Positions 1 through 13,600 of a DNA stretch of 64,000 bases are shown one piece after another. The position numbers were made by a program, and so were the translations under genes. The stretch covers positions 62,001 through 126,000 of the forward strand of contig NW_026974148.1 of the NCBI RefSeq assembly GCF_037042905.1. The letters run 5' to 3'. Origin of the DNA: Lytechinus pictus. Taxonomy: Eukaryota. Each line of letters opens with the position of its first letter. Position 1 is the stretch's first letter. The notes beneath the pieces were generated by a model. It was not told the origin of the DNA. It saw nothing but the letters and a program-made list of their open reading frames with translations, and did no database searches.

Positions 1-460
1 TGGTCTTAGATTTGAAGTATTTTTAAATTTCATTTTTTAAATAACTGGGTCTGGAGGAAAGAGTACGTTTTGAATCTCGTCTTATTCCACAAGAATAAGA
101 ATATGATAGGGTCTTACGTTAGAAGATTTTTTGGGGGGTAATATTTTCAATGATTAGGTCTGGAATAAAGACAACGTTCTTAACCTCTTTTTAAAACAGG
201 TTCTTAGGTTGAAGGATTGCTTGGTCTTAGATTTGTAGTTTTTTATTATTACTATTTGCGATATTTTGAAAAAAATAACTGGGTCTGGCTGAAAGACTAC
301 TCTATATGTCCATGTTATCCATCATTAACAAGATTATGGAGTTTTTATACTGTTTTTGTTGTTGTATTGTTATTTATAATTTTGGAATAACAGGGTTTAG
401 AGAAAAGACTAAGCTCAATTTTCATTTTTATTCCACTTGAATATCATTATCGTATCTTAG

Positions 461-802
461 TTTGGACTTATATTATAATTTTTTAAACAACCGGGTCTGG
501 AAAAAAGACTTTGGACTTATATTATAATTTTTGAAACAACCGGGTCTGGAAAAAAGACTTTGGATTTATATTATAATTTTTTAAACAACCGGGTCTGGAA
601 AAAAGACTTTGGAATTATATCATAATTTTGGAAACAACCGGGTCTGGAAAAAAGACTTTGGACTTATATTATAATTTTTTAAACAACCGGGTCTGGAAAA
701 AAGACTTTGGACTTATATTATAATTTTTTAATCAACCGGGTCTGGAAAAAAGACTTTGGACTTACATTATAATTTTTTAATTAACCGGGTCTGGAAAAAG
801 AC
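461..802. repeat. 49-bp minisatellite, about 7 copies; degenerate copies continue upstream to position 1
   Basis: CCGGGTCTGGAAAAAAGAC recurs at 491, 540, 589, 638, 687, 736 and 785 (period 49). Confidence 0.95.
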
Positions 803-910
803 TGCACTTTTGTGCTATATCATGGACCTATTACAATAGGTGCATCGCTATATGAACGCATTACTACAGGATTTAAGTTTAGAACGGATTCGCCAAAAAT
901 CCCTTCAAAT

Positions 911-1128
911 TTATTACATTTGTGGGTAAAGTCATTATTACATTTGTGGGCGATCAAAAATTATTACATTTGTGGGTAAAGTGCATTATTACATTTGTGG
1001 GTGAAATTATTACATTTGTGGGTAAAGTGTTATTACATTTGTGGGCGTTATTACATTTGTGGGTAAAGTGTTATTACATTTGTGGGCGTTATTACATTTG
1101 TGGGCGTTATTACATTTGTGGGTGCAAC
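911..1128. repeat. Array of 10 TTATTACATTTGTGGG motifs with variable short spacers
   Basis: 10 copies counted directly; the array ends in GTGCAACA. The overlapping short ORFs are repeat artefacts. Confidence 0.9.
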
Positions 1129-2477
1129 AGCCCCCTCCCCACTTTTTTTTTCTAAAAATCGTACGTATAGATGACCATCTGATTATGATTTTTGGCTGGC
1201 TGCGCCCCGGCCCCCCTCCCCCCCCCCCCCCCATTTTCAGCTCAACCCCCATCACTTTCAAACAGCCGCGGCGCCTGAGGTGATATAAAAAAAAAACATA
1301 GATTTATTATTTATGGTTATTTATGATGGTCGCTTAGTAGGCGCTCTATAACGACTTTGTTTTAGGAAAAGACGTGTCGTATAAAAAATGCGTCTGTCGT
1401 ATAGGGGCACATGATTGTAGATCCATGATAAAGGGGGAAAAAGAAGATGAATAAAGCAAAAAAAAAGTAGCAAGAAAAGATTGAAATGACTTAATGATAT
1501 AGGCCTATCATTTTCTGAATCACCAAAAAAGAACTTTCATTTTTCAGTCCTTCATAAGTCAAACGAATAATACAACATAATCATTTCTTTTTGCTTCGTC
1601 TTGTTTCCCTCCATTTGGCATCCTCAGCTTTCTTTTCTTTTGGCGGTGAAAAAAATGAGAAGTTGATATTAAGATTTCCCCTGATAATTTGGCTAACTTA
1701 GACTTTTTGTTTCTTCATGTTTTTTTTTTTTTTGGGGGGGGGGGATATATACGCAAGAAATATACAATTTGTTTTAAGCCTCGTCGTATTTCTCGCTACA
1801 CCGCTGAATACTACAAAAAGGGGCGGAGGCTTTCGCAAAGGGGGGGGGGTGGTATTTTCACATTACCCCATCTGTTGCCGAAAGCTAATTTTTGTCACAT
1901 GTTAGTTTTTTATGGGCAGTCCAAGGAACTGGGAAACAATTATTTTTTATTGGGGGTGCTGAAGTAAATATGACAAGCCAAGAAATGGAGGTTGTTTTCG
2001 TCCAGATAAGTTTGAAGAGCAAAAAATGACTAAAATTTTTCCTACAGAATTTGTTCATGTAAAGGTTACAGTTTGGCCATTTTTTTTTAATACCCGAATC
2101 CAGATTTCCAGGGGGTACTGCCTATGGAAAATAATACAAGCAGCACCCTCCATGGGGGTGCAGCTAGCAGCACCACCGCTAATTCCCATGGCCATTGAGC
2201 AGTCTTTATTTAGTAACGAAGTATAATATAATAGTATCTTAGCTTTATTCTTAGAAACACTAAGGTATGCCATATATACCTTCGTATTTCTATAATCATG
2301 GTTTTCTATTATTTATTTCATTTCTTTATTTCATTTCCATTCAAAATGACAATAGGCCTCATAACGCTTCTTGCTGTAGGTCTATAAACGCTTTACAATA
2401 ATTCATTATACCATGTCTTTGGCAGAGTATACTCTCATTGCATTTCAATGAACAGTTGAATAAATTCCTGTCAGCTA

Positions 2478-2657
2478 CAGGGGCCGCGGAAAGGTTTTCA
2501 AAGTGGCGGCGGGGGGGGGGGGGGGGCTGAGCAAAGTGTGGGGGCTGACCATGCAAAAATTATATTTTACGTTTTTTACATGCAATGTTTTTGAAAAAAG
2601 TGGGGACGGGGCTGAAGCCACCCAGTCCCCCCCCCCCTCCCCGCTTCCGCGGCCCCT
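2478..2657. mobile_element. Small MITE with CAGGGG-type TIRs and poly-G/poly-C arms; related fragments near 4942, 6603, 7270, 56668, 60779
   Basis: Left end AGGGGCCGCGGAA and right end TTCCGCGGCCCCT are inverted repeats. Confidence 0.7.
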
Positions 2658-2842
2658 CAGCCTAGGTTCCCACTTACCACACCTGGGATGAGTGTGACCT
2701 ATTATGGATAATGAAAGATGACAGCTAAAGAGGAAATAAAATTTGAATATGGATAAACGGAACGGGAAGGATTGTCGGAAGGGAAGGAAAAAATTAAGAA
2801 AAGGGGAGACGGACGTATGTACACAGAAGGGCTGCCGAAAAT

Positions 2843-3676
2843 TAACAAGTGCAACGCCTCTGGTAGTCTCGCCTGCATTACGCATTTCGATATAGCAGCA
2901 GTGCTTCCTTTGAAAAACAGCTAATGAATAACTATTCACACATGAAAAACTAATATGATAATAAAATATTATGTCCATTTACCCAAAATGACCTTTGACC
3001 CTTATCATGTGACCTAAGACATGTGCAAAACACGGGCAAAACAACCATTCATACTTGATTACCCTTATGTCGATGTTTCATGAGGAAGTACCATGAACTT
3101 CCCAAGGTATAATGCCAATTCAACACATACTCCCAACACGGCAAGAGTTCATTGACCTTTAAATGACCTTTGATCTCGGCCATGTTCCTGAAACACACAC
3201 AGGGTATTCAGTGATACATTGCTGCTGAGTTTCATGAACTAAATCCACAGACTTTTAAAGTTATGATGACAATTCCACAAATACCCCTAATATTACCAAA
3301 GTTTGCTGACCCTAAATGACCTTTTTACCTGGATCATGTGAGCTGAATCTAGCACAGGATTTTTAAGGATACTTGATTGCTCTTATGTCTAGGTTTCATG
3401 AACTAGATCCATAAACTTCTAAAGTTATGATGACAATTCCTAAAATAACCCCAACATGGCCAAAGTTTGTTGACCCTATGTGACCTTGACCTTAATCATG
3501 TGACGTGAAGCTCAGGCAGGATATTCAGTGGTATTTCATTACCCTATGTTCAAGTTTCATGAACTAGATCCATTACTTTCTAAGTTATGATGACATTTCA
3601 AAAACTTAACGAAGGTTATAAGATTTCAATGTTGACGTGCCTATAGTCTCGCTCTGCTATGCAGGCGAGACAAAAA
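2843..3676 (+). mobile_element. Helentron-associated (HINE-like) non-autonomous element with internal ~160-bp tandem repeats
   Basis: Sub-terminal inverted repeat GTCTCGCCTGCAT (2866-2878) / ATGCAGGCGAGAC (3659-3671); 3' hairpin GTCTCGC..GCGAGAC then an A-run; about 4 internal units containing TGACCTTTGACC and TTTCATGAACTAGATCC. Confidence 0.7.
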
Positions 3677-6600
3677 TGAAAAACGGGAAGAAAGCAGTGA
3701 CGTGACAGGCGGTGGGGCAGACTGCCCCCCCCCCTCCCCCCCCCCCCCCCCCCCGAAGGAGCTCACCAGCCATAATTATTTTAAAAAAAACGGAAATAAG
3801 GAAAAAGGGAGAAGGAAATGGGGAAATAAAAGATAGAAAAAGATGAAAAAGGGAAAAGGTGAAAAGGAAAGAAGTAAAGAAGAGGCAAAACACCAAAGGA
3901 AAGGAAGAAAATGTGAGAAAGAACAAATTCTAAATGACTGAGAAAGGGGAAATAAATGGCAAAATGTAACCGGTAATTATGGCGGGAGAATGGAATGATG
4001 GTTAAAATAAAAAACGGAATGACACGGGGAATGATGAAGTCTGATGAATTAGCCAACAGTGGTTGGTGAAACGTCGCCACTCTACAGATAATTATGAGTT
4101 TCTACTTCCAAAAAGAAAAAAAAAATCCAGTACACGATTCATAACTGATTCACTGATTCATTACTGATTATCCCTGGCTGCTATTATTTCAAGCTTTCAG
4201 CTTACGATAGTTGGCATCGGCACTTATATTTATTTTTTATTGTTGAATTATTTGTTATAGAATTATGTCTGTATCTACTTAACTACTATACAATTGTCAC
4301 CTTTGTAATTTGATAATCATGTATGTTTGATGTTATATCATTTTTAGAAATTTGCAATTTTGATTTATTAATACATGCAGAAATGCCTGCTTAAAAAAAA
4401 TGAATGAATCATAACATTCATGGATTTATTGAACTAGAAATTAGCTACCAAAAAACAAAGGAAAAGAGAACACGGCTGATATGCCGAGGATTTTATAACT
4501 AAAAAACAAGAAGAATGTGATATGGTATAGGAATATATGACTGTGTATGAAGTCTGTTATTTCGTGCAAAATAGGTGACAATAAGGACAAAAAAAATTAT
4601 CGAAATTTTAGAAGTTCTCGAGGTCGGCCTACTGCTAAAGCATTATTTTCATATCGCTCGCTCGTGACGTTTTAGAAAATTTCAAACATTTGCCACGCTG
4701 TGCCCCTCAATTAGGTTTTTATAATGCGTCTTGAGAAACATTTACCATCGATTTGATTGAATACAGTAGCCATCTTTAAAGTTTGAAATGGCTGAATCTC
4801 GAGAGGTACCAGGGTACCGGACCACACCCACAAATTAAAGATTTTGGCCCCGGGTTTCGGAATGCCCCCCTCTCCCAAGTTCTACGACACAAAGTGGAAA
4901 AAAAGACCGGAATCCTGAAAAAAAAGTTATAATGAATTAATCAGGGGCCGCGAAACGGCTTGAACGTAAGGGGGGGGGGGGGGTGACCATCCAAAAATTC
5001 AATTTCAGATGGTAATTTTTAAGTACAGGTTTGAAGCCCCCGCCCCGTTTCCCGGCGGCCTCACGCACTATAGGCTGAGCCTCCCTCCTCCCCTGCATCT
5101 ATCTCACTAATCGCGCTAGTACCGCATAGAGCATTTATGAAAAATCTGATTCACATCATATATAGGGCCGGGAAATTTTAGACTCTGCCCCCCCCCCCCC
5201 CCTGGCCTGGCCACCGCCCCCGTTACGCCCCCGAAAGAGAGAATGGGATGGCGTATGTGTATATATGAAGTCAACGCCCTCGATCAGAACAAAATATTTG
5301 GAATTTCGATAGTTTCTGGTTAGAGAAACCTCATAAACCCCTTGATGGAAAGTTAGTTTTGTCCCTAGCTATTATTAGACGTAGGCCTATGCCCCTTACA
5401 TGGTATTATGGCCACACCTTTGTAAAGCGTAAAAAAATACCAGGGTTCTGCTCCAGACCTATGTTGTAAGGGCCCTCTTATGTCTGTTGCGGGGCCCATT
5501 CATGGACCCTTCCTGGATTCAGCTTTAGGTTGAAGCTCTAGCATGGAAAGAAGGGGGAGATTCGGTTCCAAAACCAAGAAAGATAGAAAATGAAGGAGCT
5601 ATCGAAAGGAAATTAAAGGAAATATGTCGAAACATGGCGATAATTGTGATTTCCTGAAGATAATGTCAAAGTTTTCGCATAGAAGTACATTTTAGAAAAG
5701 GCAAAGTTTTCTCGTGCACGACTTTTTAGAAATTTCTTTGTTGTACCCCCCTTCATGAAATTTGTTTTTTTACGCCACTGCCTTGAAAGTAAGGGGGCTG
5801 ACCACCCCCCCCCCTTGATTTGAATTCTAATAACTGCCATATTTAGGCCCTATGTTTTGAAATGACTCAGTCTCGAGACTGCAGATTCCGTGTATAAAGG
5901 GATTGGGCCATGGTCCCCAAAGTTTTATAACCAAGCAAAAGTAGATAAGTAAGAAGAGGCCAAAGGGGACTAAATATTATTAGACTCCCTACCCCCCCCC
6001 CCCCCTGTTGCACCCCTGCCTGTTCTACAATTTTCTCAATTTTTCTTCCACCTCCACATTCCGTTAGCACCTATTATTATACATCTCAATAATTTTATTG
6101 GCACCGTCATTTTTATTTAATTTGTACTATATAAATCAAGTACAATAATTTGCTATTTTGAGCATGGATTTTTAGACATGTAGATTGCACTAATTATGAA
6201 GGGAATGTAAATAATTTGCTTAGATCACTGTGACTAAACATCTGAAACACATTACTTGTTGCTCCTTTGGGGTGTGATACGCAAATATATATATTTTTTT
6301 TCATGCTGGAAAGTCATGATGAAGACAAGATTGGAAAAATGTATAAGTAAATCATGGATAGGCAACCTAATTATCACATTTGCAAGAAATGAAATGAAAA
6401 TCTGGAATCATAGCAATAGTAGGATACTGAGCCGACTCATGATCAGCACTTCTGTATGTAAAAGAGATGTCATGATCGTTGGTGGCTCTTTCATGGTGTT
6501 GGTTAGCTTGGGGCTGCGACTTCAGGACATCTCCCACTTTGTTTCCAAAGCTATATTTAAACACGTAAACAAAGACAATCGGTTTATGATTTCGTGCATC

Positions 6601-7235
6601 AACCCCCCCCCCCCCTCCATTTTGGCTCAGCTCCCCACCAAAACTGTTCCGCGGCCCCTGCGTTCAACCATTTTGCGATTACGTAAGCATGATAAACTTG
6701 ATGGCGAGCAAAAACTCTGATGCGTCGATCAAGCATGGAGCTCCATGGATCAAGTCTAGTGTCAAGGAACAACATGAGTGGTGCGGAACTGAGGCAAAAA
6801 AGTGTGAAGGCCTGTACGTCCTCCAGCGTTGTGCAAATAAACACGTGTTTAGATTACAAGGCCCACAAATAACATACAAAGTTGATGAGACTCTATGAAA
6901 TATCTCACACACTACTTCAACAAAATACAGAGGGAAACGGCATCTTCTTTGCACATTATCCGTCGATATTCGCTTTACGTAAACAGCTTTCATAATTGAT
7001 TCCAATACGTTATGGATTCCGACTGGCATGATTTATCATCATCGGAGGATGGAAATGACATAGATGCTGCATATCTTCATTATAAAATGCACGAGGTGAG
7101 TCAGATCTTCTCATAATTATGCTACATAAAAGGATATGTTCGAAAGTAAAATGTGGTTACAAATACCAACAATTGCCGGTTCTAATTATTACGATTTTTG
7201 TTATGAGTGATAAACTGAGAGAATAACATCTAGTC

Positions 7236-7267
<32 letters not shown>

Positions 7268-7268
7268 G
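7236..7268. repeat. (GA)n microsatellite followed by poly-G
   Basis: Seen directly. Confidence 0.9.
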
Positions 7269-9972
7269 CTCTAGCGTACCTACGAGGGGGGGGGGCAGGC
7301 CCCCCTGACGAGTCACACTCCATGTAAAGGACGTATCCCTGTCCCCCCTGACGAGCTTGAAGACCTTTTTTGCCCCCCCCCCCCGACGAACGTGAAGACC
7401 TTTTTTTTTTTTTTTTTTTTTTGCTTGTCGAATTTTTTGGCGGACGGTTTTGCCCCCCCCCCCTGTGGAAAATCCTAGGTACGCTACTGGGGGGGGGGGG
7501 GGTAATTATCTGGCCCTATAGGCCTATATTGTTATAGTTACCCTTATAAAAAGCTTGCACCGAATCTAAAAGTGTTATGGGATCATGCATCCACCTAATC
7601 GTTCTTCGTGCGTACTCCGGGGGGGGGGGGGGGCAGTCGATCGACGCCTATAGCTGCATAGGGGATTTTTTTTTATCCGACAATCGCCAGAGTAACATTA
7701 CCTCCCCGCCAATCAAAACGAAGGAAAGATGTCAGATCCCCTGACTGCCGGCCCTAAAAAAAATGTTGATGAAACGCTCGATTGAGCTTTTTAATTTGCT
7801 AGATTCTAAAGCGAGAAAGTGAATGGGGATACAAATGGTCTTATCCGGTATCCCGGGCTCATAAATTTATTAGTTATCTATTATTATTTTGGTAATGATT
7901 GTTTTGCTATGTTTCATTACAAGCGCATCATAAACGTTCAAAAGAAGAAAATATAGTTTATTGACATAAGTTGGACCATGGACTTGGTCAAGGGATAGTA
8001 GTAGTTCAAGACACTGTACATATTTTTTTAATAAGAAAATGTCCCGGGGAAAATGTGAACTATCAATGGAAATGCAATGGGAGGGTCGAGGGTCGAGGGA
8101 GAAGTGAGCGAGAAACGAAATATAAAGAGGAAAATTAGATGAACAGAGAGAGGGGATGGTCGTGGTTGGAAGCCAAAAAATTAAGGGATGGTCCAACTGA
8201 AATTTAAGGATGGTCACAGGTAAAAAATTTGACACGAAAAAAAAAAGGTATCAACCAAAATTTTTGGGGGACCACAAAAATTATAGGGGGGGGGTCCACC
8301 ATAATTTTTTTTGAGGGGACGCAGCTAGGAAACAAAATTGACAAGCAAAAAATAGAAAATTTAGGGGGTCCTCCCCCCCCCCCCCACCTCAAATTTAGGG
8401 GGACAGGAAACCCGCTTCCGCCGCCTATGAGCAGGAGGATGGGGATTGGCATAAGGACAAGATGAGTAACGGTTGGAAGAATGGGTATTTTTTTAAGGGA
8501 CGCAGGAAACAAAATTGACAAGCAAAAATAGAAAATTTAGGGGTCCTCTAATGCTCCCCCTTTGAGCAGGTACTTTGCCAGCAAATTGCTTGCTGAAAAG
8601 CGGAAGAAATAGCATTTCGGGACTCAGGGAATGCCGGTATAAAAGCTCACCCGCTCTGCATGAACGGAATTAAAGAGCCAAAATGCTGTGTTACTGCAAT
8701 TAAATAAAATACCCATATATACTATAACATTTCCTGGCAAGAATGCGATTCCTATGGCCGGGAAGGGAAAAAACGGAGTAGAAAAAAGTGTGTGGGAAAC
8801 AATTAAGAAGGGAAAGGCAATTCTGAATTCATTTCCCGCGCGGAGCGCTGAAGCAAAATTTTGTTATAGGTTTTTATTATTCTTTTGACATGTTTGACAA
8901 AACAGAAAGAAAACAAACAAACAATTGAGCTATTCCATTCTTCCCTTTTCTCCCTTTTCCTTTTCATTTCTTCCCTTCCCGCCTTTTTTTCTTTTTGGGG
9001 GCGTTGGGGGGCGGCCGCCCCCCAGGCTACGCGCCTGTTTCTGCATTTCACCATCATGAATTGTAGAATAAATAAATAATAACCTATACAGGTTAGATTT
9101 TCAAAGTACGGTGTGTCGAGCATGAGGTGAATTGAGATCGAGTGATCGGTCATTGAGGAATAGTAAACAAGGCCACTCTTAGCCAAAATTCCACCCCCCC
9201 CCGCCGGACCGGTTTGTAGGTCCTATTATTATTCGTCCCATTTTCATAAAAAGAATAATATTTGTCCTCAAAATTGGATTACTGTTTTCTTTCATAATGC
9301 ACATGTAGCTGTTGCGATTTTGAAAGAAAGAGAAATAGCTAGGCCTGTCTATGTCGTGTGACTTTATTGAACTTGAGAAAATTATAAGTAACATTATTCT
9401 GGCACCTCTTTCTTCCATTTTCCGATTTCCTTCCCTATTTTATTCAAGAAAATACAAATAGTCGTAGGGGCGTGCAACAACATCTTTCCCAGAGAATTTG
9501 TACAGTATCCAAGATCCACACAAATAAGTTAGACTAGACGATACCGGCCGTCCATTGACAATTCTCGCTACCCCAAATAGGAACAAAAGTCTCATAATGC
9601 GCGAGACGAGATAATTTTCACTCCGTCGGGTCGTCATCACCACTTCCGGTTTAGAGCTACCTGCTCGCGCGAGGTTCGCGATACTGAGTTTCCACTACGC
9701 TGAAATCGATGCCAATCAGCGTAATATGTACATATTATAATACTGTTTTATTAAATTTGGTTTTTTTTCAATTTAATTTGAACTATAAATAAAAATAAAA
9801 ATATATTTTAGGTGAAAATAATTTTTATTTACGTTTTTACTCGGTAAAAAAAAAAAAAAAAAAAAATAGATATCTTAAAATTTTCGTTTAGCGACCGGCC
9901 TGACATCACGATCGTATTCGACTAGATATACACAACAGCATTCATTCCGTTCAATGTTTCGTCGACTACAAA

Positions 9973-12101
9973 ATGGATAAAAAATCAGTTTCGGAACTTA
10001 AAAAAATCTTAACTGACAGAGGAATACCGTGCAATGGAAAGCGTCGGGCAGAATTAGTGACTTTAGCAGAAAAGGCCGTTAAACTGTATCGTGAAAGAGA
10101 GGGTTGTGATCACGAACTTTCCGAGCGAAAGCGACGTTGTGTTGTTGTGGATGACGGCACTGTTGATCTGAATGGCAAAACAGTGCATTGGACTAGTGAC
10201 TTAAAGACACTGCCATCCATCACTTGTGGTGACGTTTTTGCATACTTGACGGTGGAATGTGGGTGGTCATCACAAAGACTGAAGCAACATAAATCTGATG
10301 ATGGCTATCGTATGTTTGTTGACAAACACATAGAAATGGTTGAAGTTGGAAGGATTGTTGACACCAACAATGATTTTGTGTACATTCGAGGCAAAGTCAA
10401 ACCGGAGCAGCGACACACTGCTGAGCGATATGATACATGGCTCTTGTGTTGTAGTACTGGGGAAGTAAAGTCAGCTGGTTGTGGATGTATAGCAGCGTAA
10501 GTTTGAACTTATATTAATTCATGTCATTTCGCAAGCTTGCATTTCGTACTGTCACTAGTGTCAGTCTCAGTGTCAACGATCTCCATGAATCATGGTCATG
10601 GAGGGGAGTCTGGCGCTGGCAAACCTGTCCTTTTTTAATTTTGCCACAAAAATCCTGGCATGCAAAAAACAAAAGGGGACAAACATCACTTCCATTTTTT
10701 TATTACATTTTTTTTTTTTAGTGATAATCTGATATATGACTGATGAGTGATGTGAACTTCAAAATGTGCTCATCAAATTGAATTAGAAATTTTACAAAAC
10801 AAGGCTTTTTTTAGTAATCTCATCCTACATGTAGGCTTTATAGACCTATATCATATGTTTTCAAAATCAATTTTTTAGGAATGCCATTTTGTATAGTTAT
10901 ATTGCATGTGTATAATTACCTTATCAATAAAAACTGAATAAAAAAATTAAGTATAGAATCTAGTTTTGAACATTTCACACAATTAATCTTTTCATAATTT
11001 TTGTTTGTTTATTCCTACAGGGATGCAGGGTCATGCAAGCATGTTGCTGCTTTGCTTTTCACAGTCGAGAATTTTTCATCCCGACATGTAGACAGAGGGA
11101 CAGCAGTTGGCACTGATCAGCAATGTAAGTGGAACCAGCCTCGACGTGAATCTATCCCAGTAAGAATAGCAGAGTTGGACTATCGTCACAACAAGGATAA
11201 ACCACAAAAGCATTCATGTACATCATTTAAACCAGTCTTGACGATTGACAGTGCAGCAATTTTGAAGATACGGGAGAAAATTGTGGCTTCTTGTACGACT
11301 AGTGGACATAATGCGATTGTGTTAACTTCGGTATTACCACCACCACCTAAGAACACGCCTCCATCAATCCCAGAGTTGTGTGCTCGATTCCAGTCATCAG
11401 ATGAGGAAAGCATTGTTGAATTCATCAGTCAAGCAACTTCGGATGAACATCTGGACTACTACCGCAGCCTCAGTCAAGATGATGGAGAGTGGTTGGACGC
11501 ACGAATTGGGCGCATCACTGCAAGCATTGCTGCTGACGTTCGCAGTTTGAAAGACACTTCAGAAGGGAAGACAGTGATACAGCGAGTCATGGGTACTGCA
11601 CCAAGGATCCGGACAAAAGCGATGGACTATGGTCATGCACATGAAAGTGTTGCTCGACAGATATATTCTAGTGAAATGGAAACACACCACAAGGACTTTG
11701 AATGTAACACGACAGGGTTACACCTCCTGCCAGAAGCACCATTTCTGGGAGCATCTCCAGATGGCATATCTACATGTGCATGCCATGCAAAGAGAGTTGT
11801 AGAAATCAAATGTACTCTGAAGCATAAGAATTTGTCTGTGAAAGAAATTCCAGCGATAGACCCTTCATATCATCTGGAATCTTCCAGTGGAGAAGTTTGA
11901 TTGAAGAAGACATCATCGTGGTACTTTCAGGCCCAACAACAGATGGGAGTTCTCGCGGTTGATAGGTGCGACTTTGTCATTTACACCAGAAAGGGCATCC
12001 ATGTCATTGACATTCCATTTGACCGTGTTCTGTGGGAATCACTGAAGGACAAAGCAACTCATGTTTTCTGCAAGAGAATAGTGCCATTGCTCATGAAATG
12101 A
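9973..12101 (+). pseudogene. ISL2EU accessory protein: SAP-like motif, SWIM zinc finger and YqaJ/lambda-exonuclease-like PD-(D/E)xK nuclease. Exons 9973-10496 and 11021-12101; one in-frame TGA at 11898-11900.
   Basis: LKKILTDRGIPCNGKRRAELV (SAP-like); CGC...CKH spans a GT-AG phase-2 intron (SWIM); RIGRITAS, FLGASPDG, VVEIKC and YFQAQQQM are nuclease motifs; the frame continues after the stop. Confidence 0.85.
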
Positions 12102-12987
12102 ACTTGTGTTGAAAGTTAAAACTCCATGATTGACATTCCTTATGACTGTGTTCTATGAGAATCTATGAAGGTGAAACAGACTTGTGTTTTTTATGATGCT
12201 GAGAAATGCATCTATCAAAACTAAATGTGAAATACCGTATGTGTATACCGTCATTTTTTTTCTTTCATTTTACTGGACAGTATGTACTTCGTGCTCGAGG
12301 TTCCTGTCTATTTACTGTGCTTGATTAAACTAAGACATGATGTGTTTGAATATCAATTAAATTATTTATCCACCAGTATTTTGTTACAGCTGTCATTTCC
12401 ATTCATTGCATGAATATTTATAATAACATAACATAAAATTTTGGGTGATTATGTGCGTTCATGAAATGTTAATTTCAAATCCAAAACTATGTTATGCAAA
12501 AAAAAAAATTATTTCATTTTTTGTGGGGGGGGGGGGCATCACTTGAGAGAAGTATGATTGTGTGTGAGCAAGTCTTATGTTAGTTTTGTTGGTGTGACTG
12601 CCGACTGATGTCTTTTTAATGTTTTGTGAGAAGTGTGGGTATGCATGTCTTGCTAGTGATTGTGCACGTTTTAGTTAAATATACAAAACTTACTCCAGAC
12701 TGACAAGATATATTATTACTGTCATGTACCGTTAATCACTTTGGAGTCTGTTTTGTTTGTGTGACTGTAGCATTTGGCTGACATCTATGTTTGGATTTTT
12801 ACTGAGAAGCATGTTTCTGTGTTGGTGTGCATGCCCTTGTTGAATATGCAAAACCGACTCCAGACTGACAAGATTTATGATTACCAGTGTTTTAACATTG
12901 GTCAGTTTGAAGTCTGTTTTGTTAGTGTGATTGAAAGATTAGTTTGATATCCATATGTGTGGGGTAGGTATGTACAAATATAAACAT

Positions 12988-13600
12988 TTCTTCCTCTCCC
13001 CTTCTGTCTCTCTCACCTCTACCCAGCTCTCTCTTTCTCACTCACACTCCCTGCCCCTCTCCATATACATGTACATGTATCTTTCTCTCAACTTTCCCCT
13101 ATTCCCCTCTTCTTTTTTTTTACCATTCCTCCCTTTATTTATCTCTACATATATCTCCCCCAACCCCTTCACTCTCTTTCCCCACCTTTTTTGTTTACCT
13201 TTTCTCCCTATCATTTATTTCTATATATCTTTCTTTTTCCCTCCCCTTGACCTTTTTTTTTAAATATATTCTTCCTCTCTACTCCCCCTTTTTAAAAATC
13301 TTGCTCCCTTTATTTAACTCTTTCTTTCTCACTCCCCTCTTCTTGTGTTTCATTCCCCCCCTTTCTTTTACCCTTCATTTTTTTCTATTATCTCTTTCTT
13401 TCTCCCTCCCCTCCCATCTCCTTTACTCTCCTTCTTTCTTCCCCCTCACCTTCTTTTCTATATCTTTCTCTTCCCTCCCCTATCTTTTCTTTCATCCCCT
13501 TCATGTTTTCTTCTTCTCTTCCATTTTACCACTCTCGATCTCCCTTTTCTACTTTCCTTTCCCTTGCTCCCTCCTCTCTCTTTCTTTCTCCTTTTTGTAT
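12988..13600. repeat. Pyrimidine-rich low-complexity tract between the convergent ISL2EU genes
   Basis: Almost only C and T; explains the F/L/S/P-rich spurious ORFs. Confidence 0.85.

Noticed and set aside
911-1128. CRISPR-like look of the TTATTACATTTGTGGG array
   Set aside because: Spacers are only a few bases and repeat themselves; eukaryotic context; no cas genes
1689-9420. Many 60-170 aa ORFs with poly-Gly, poly-Pro or poly-Phe
   Set aside because: They derive from poly-G/C MITE arms and A/T runs, with no domain motifs
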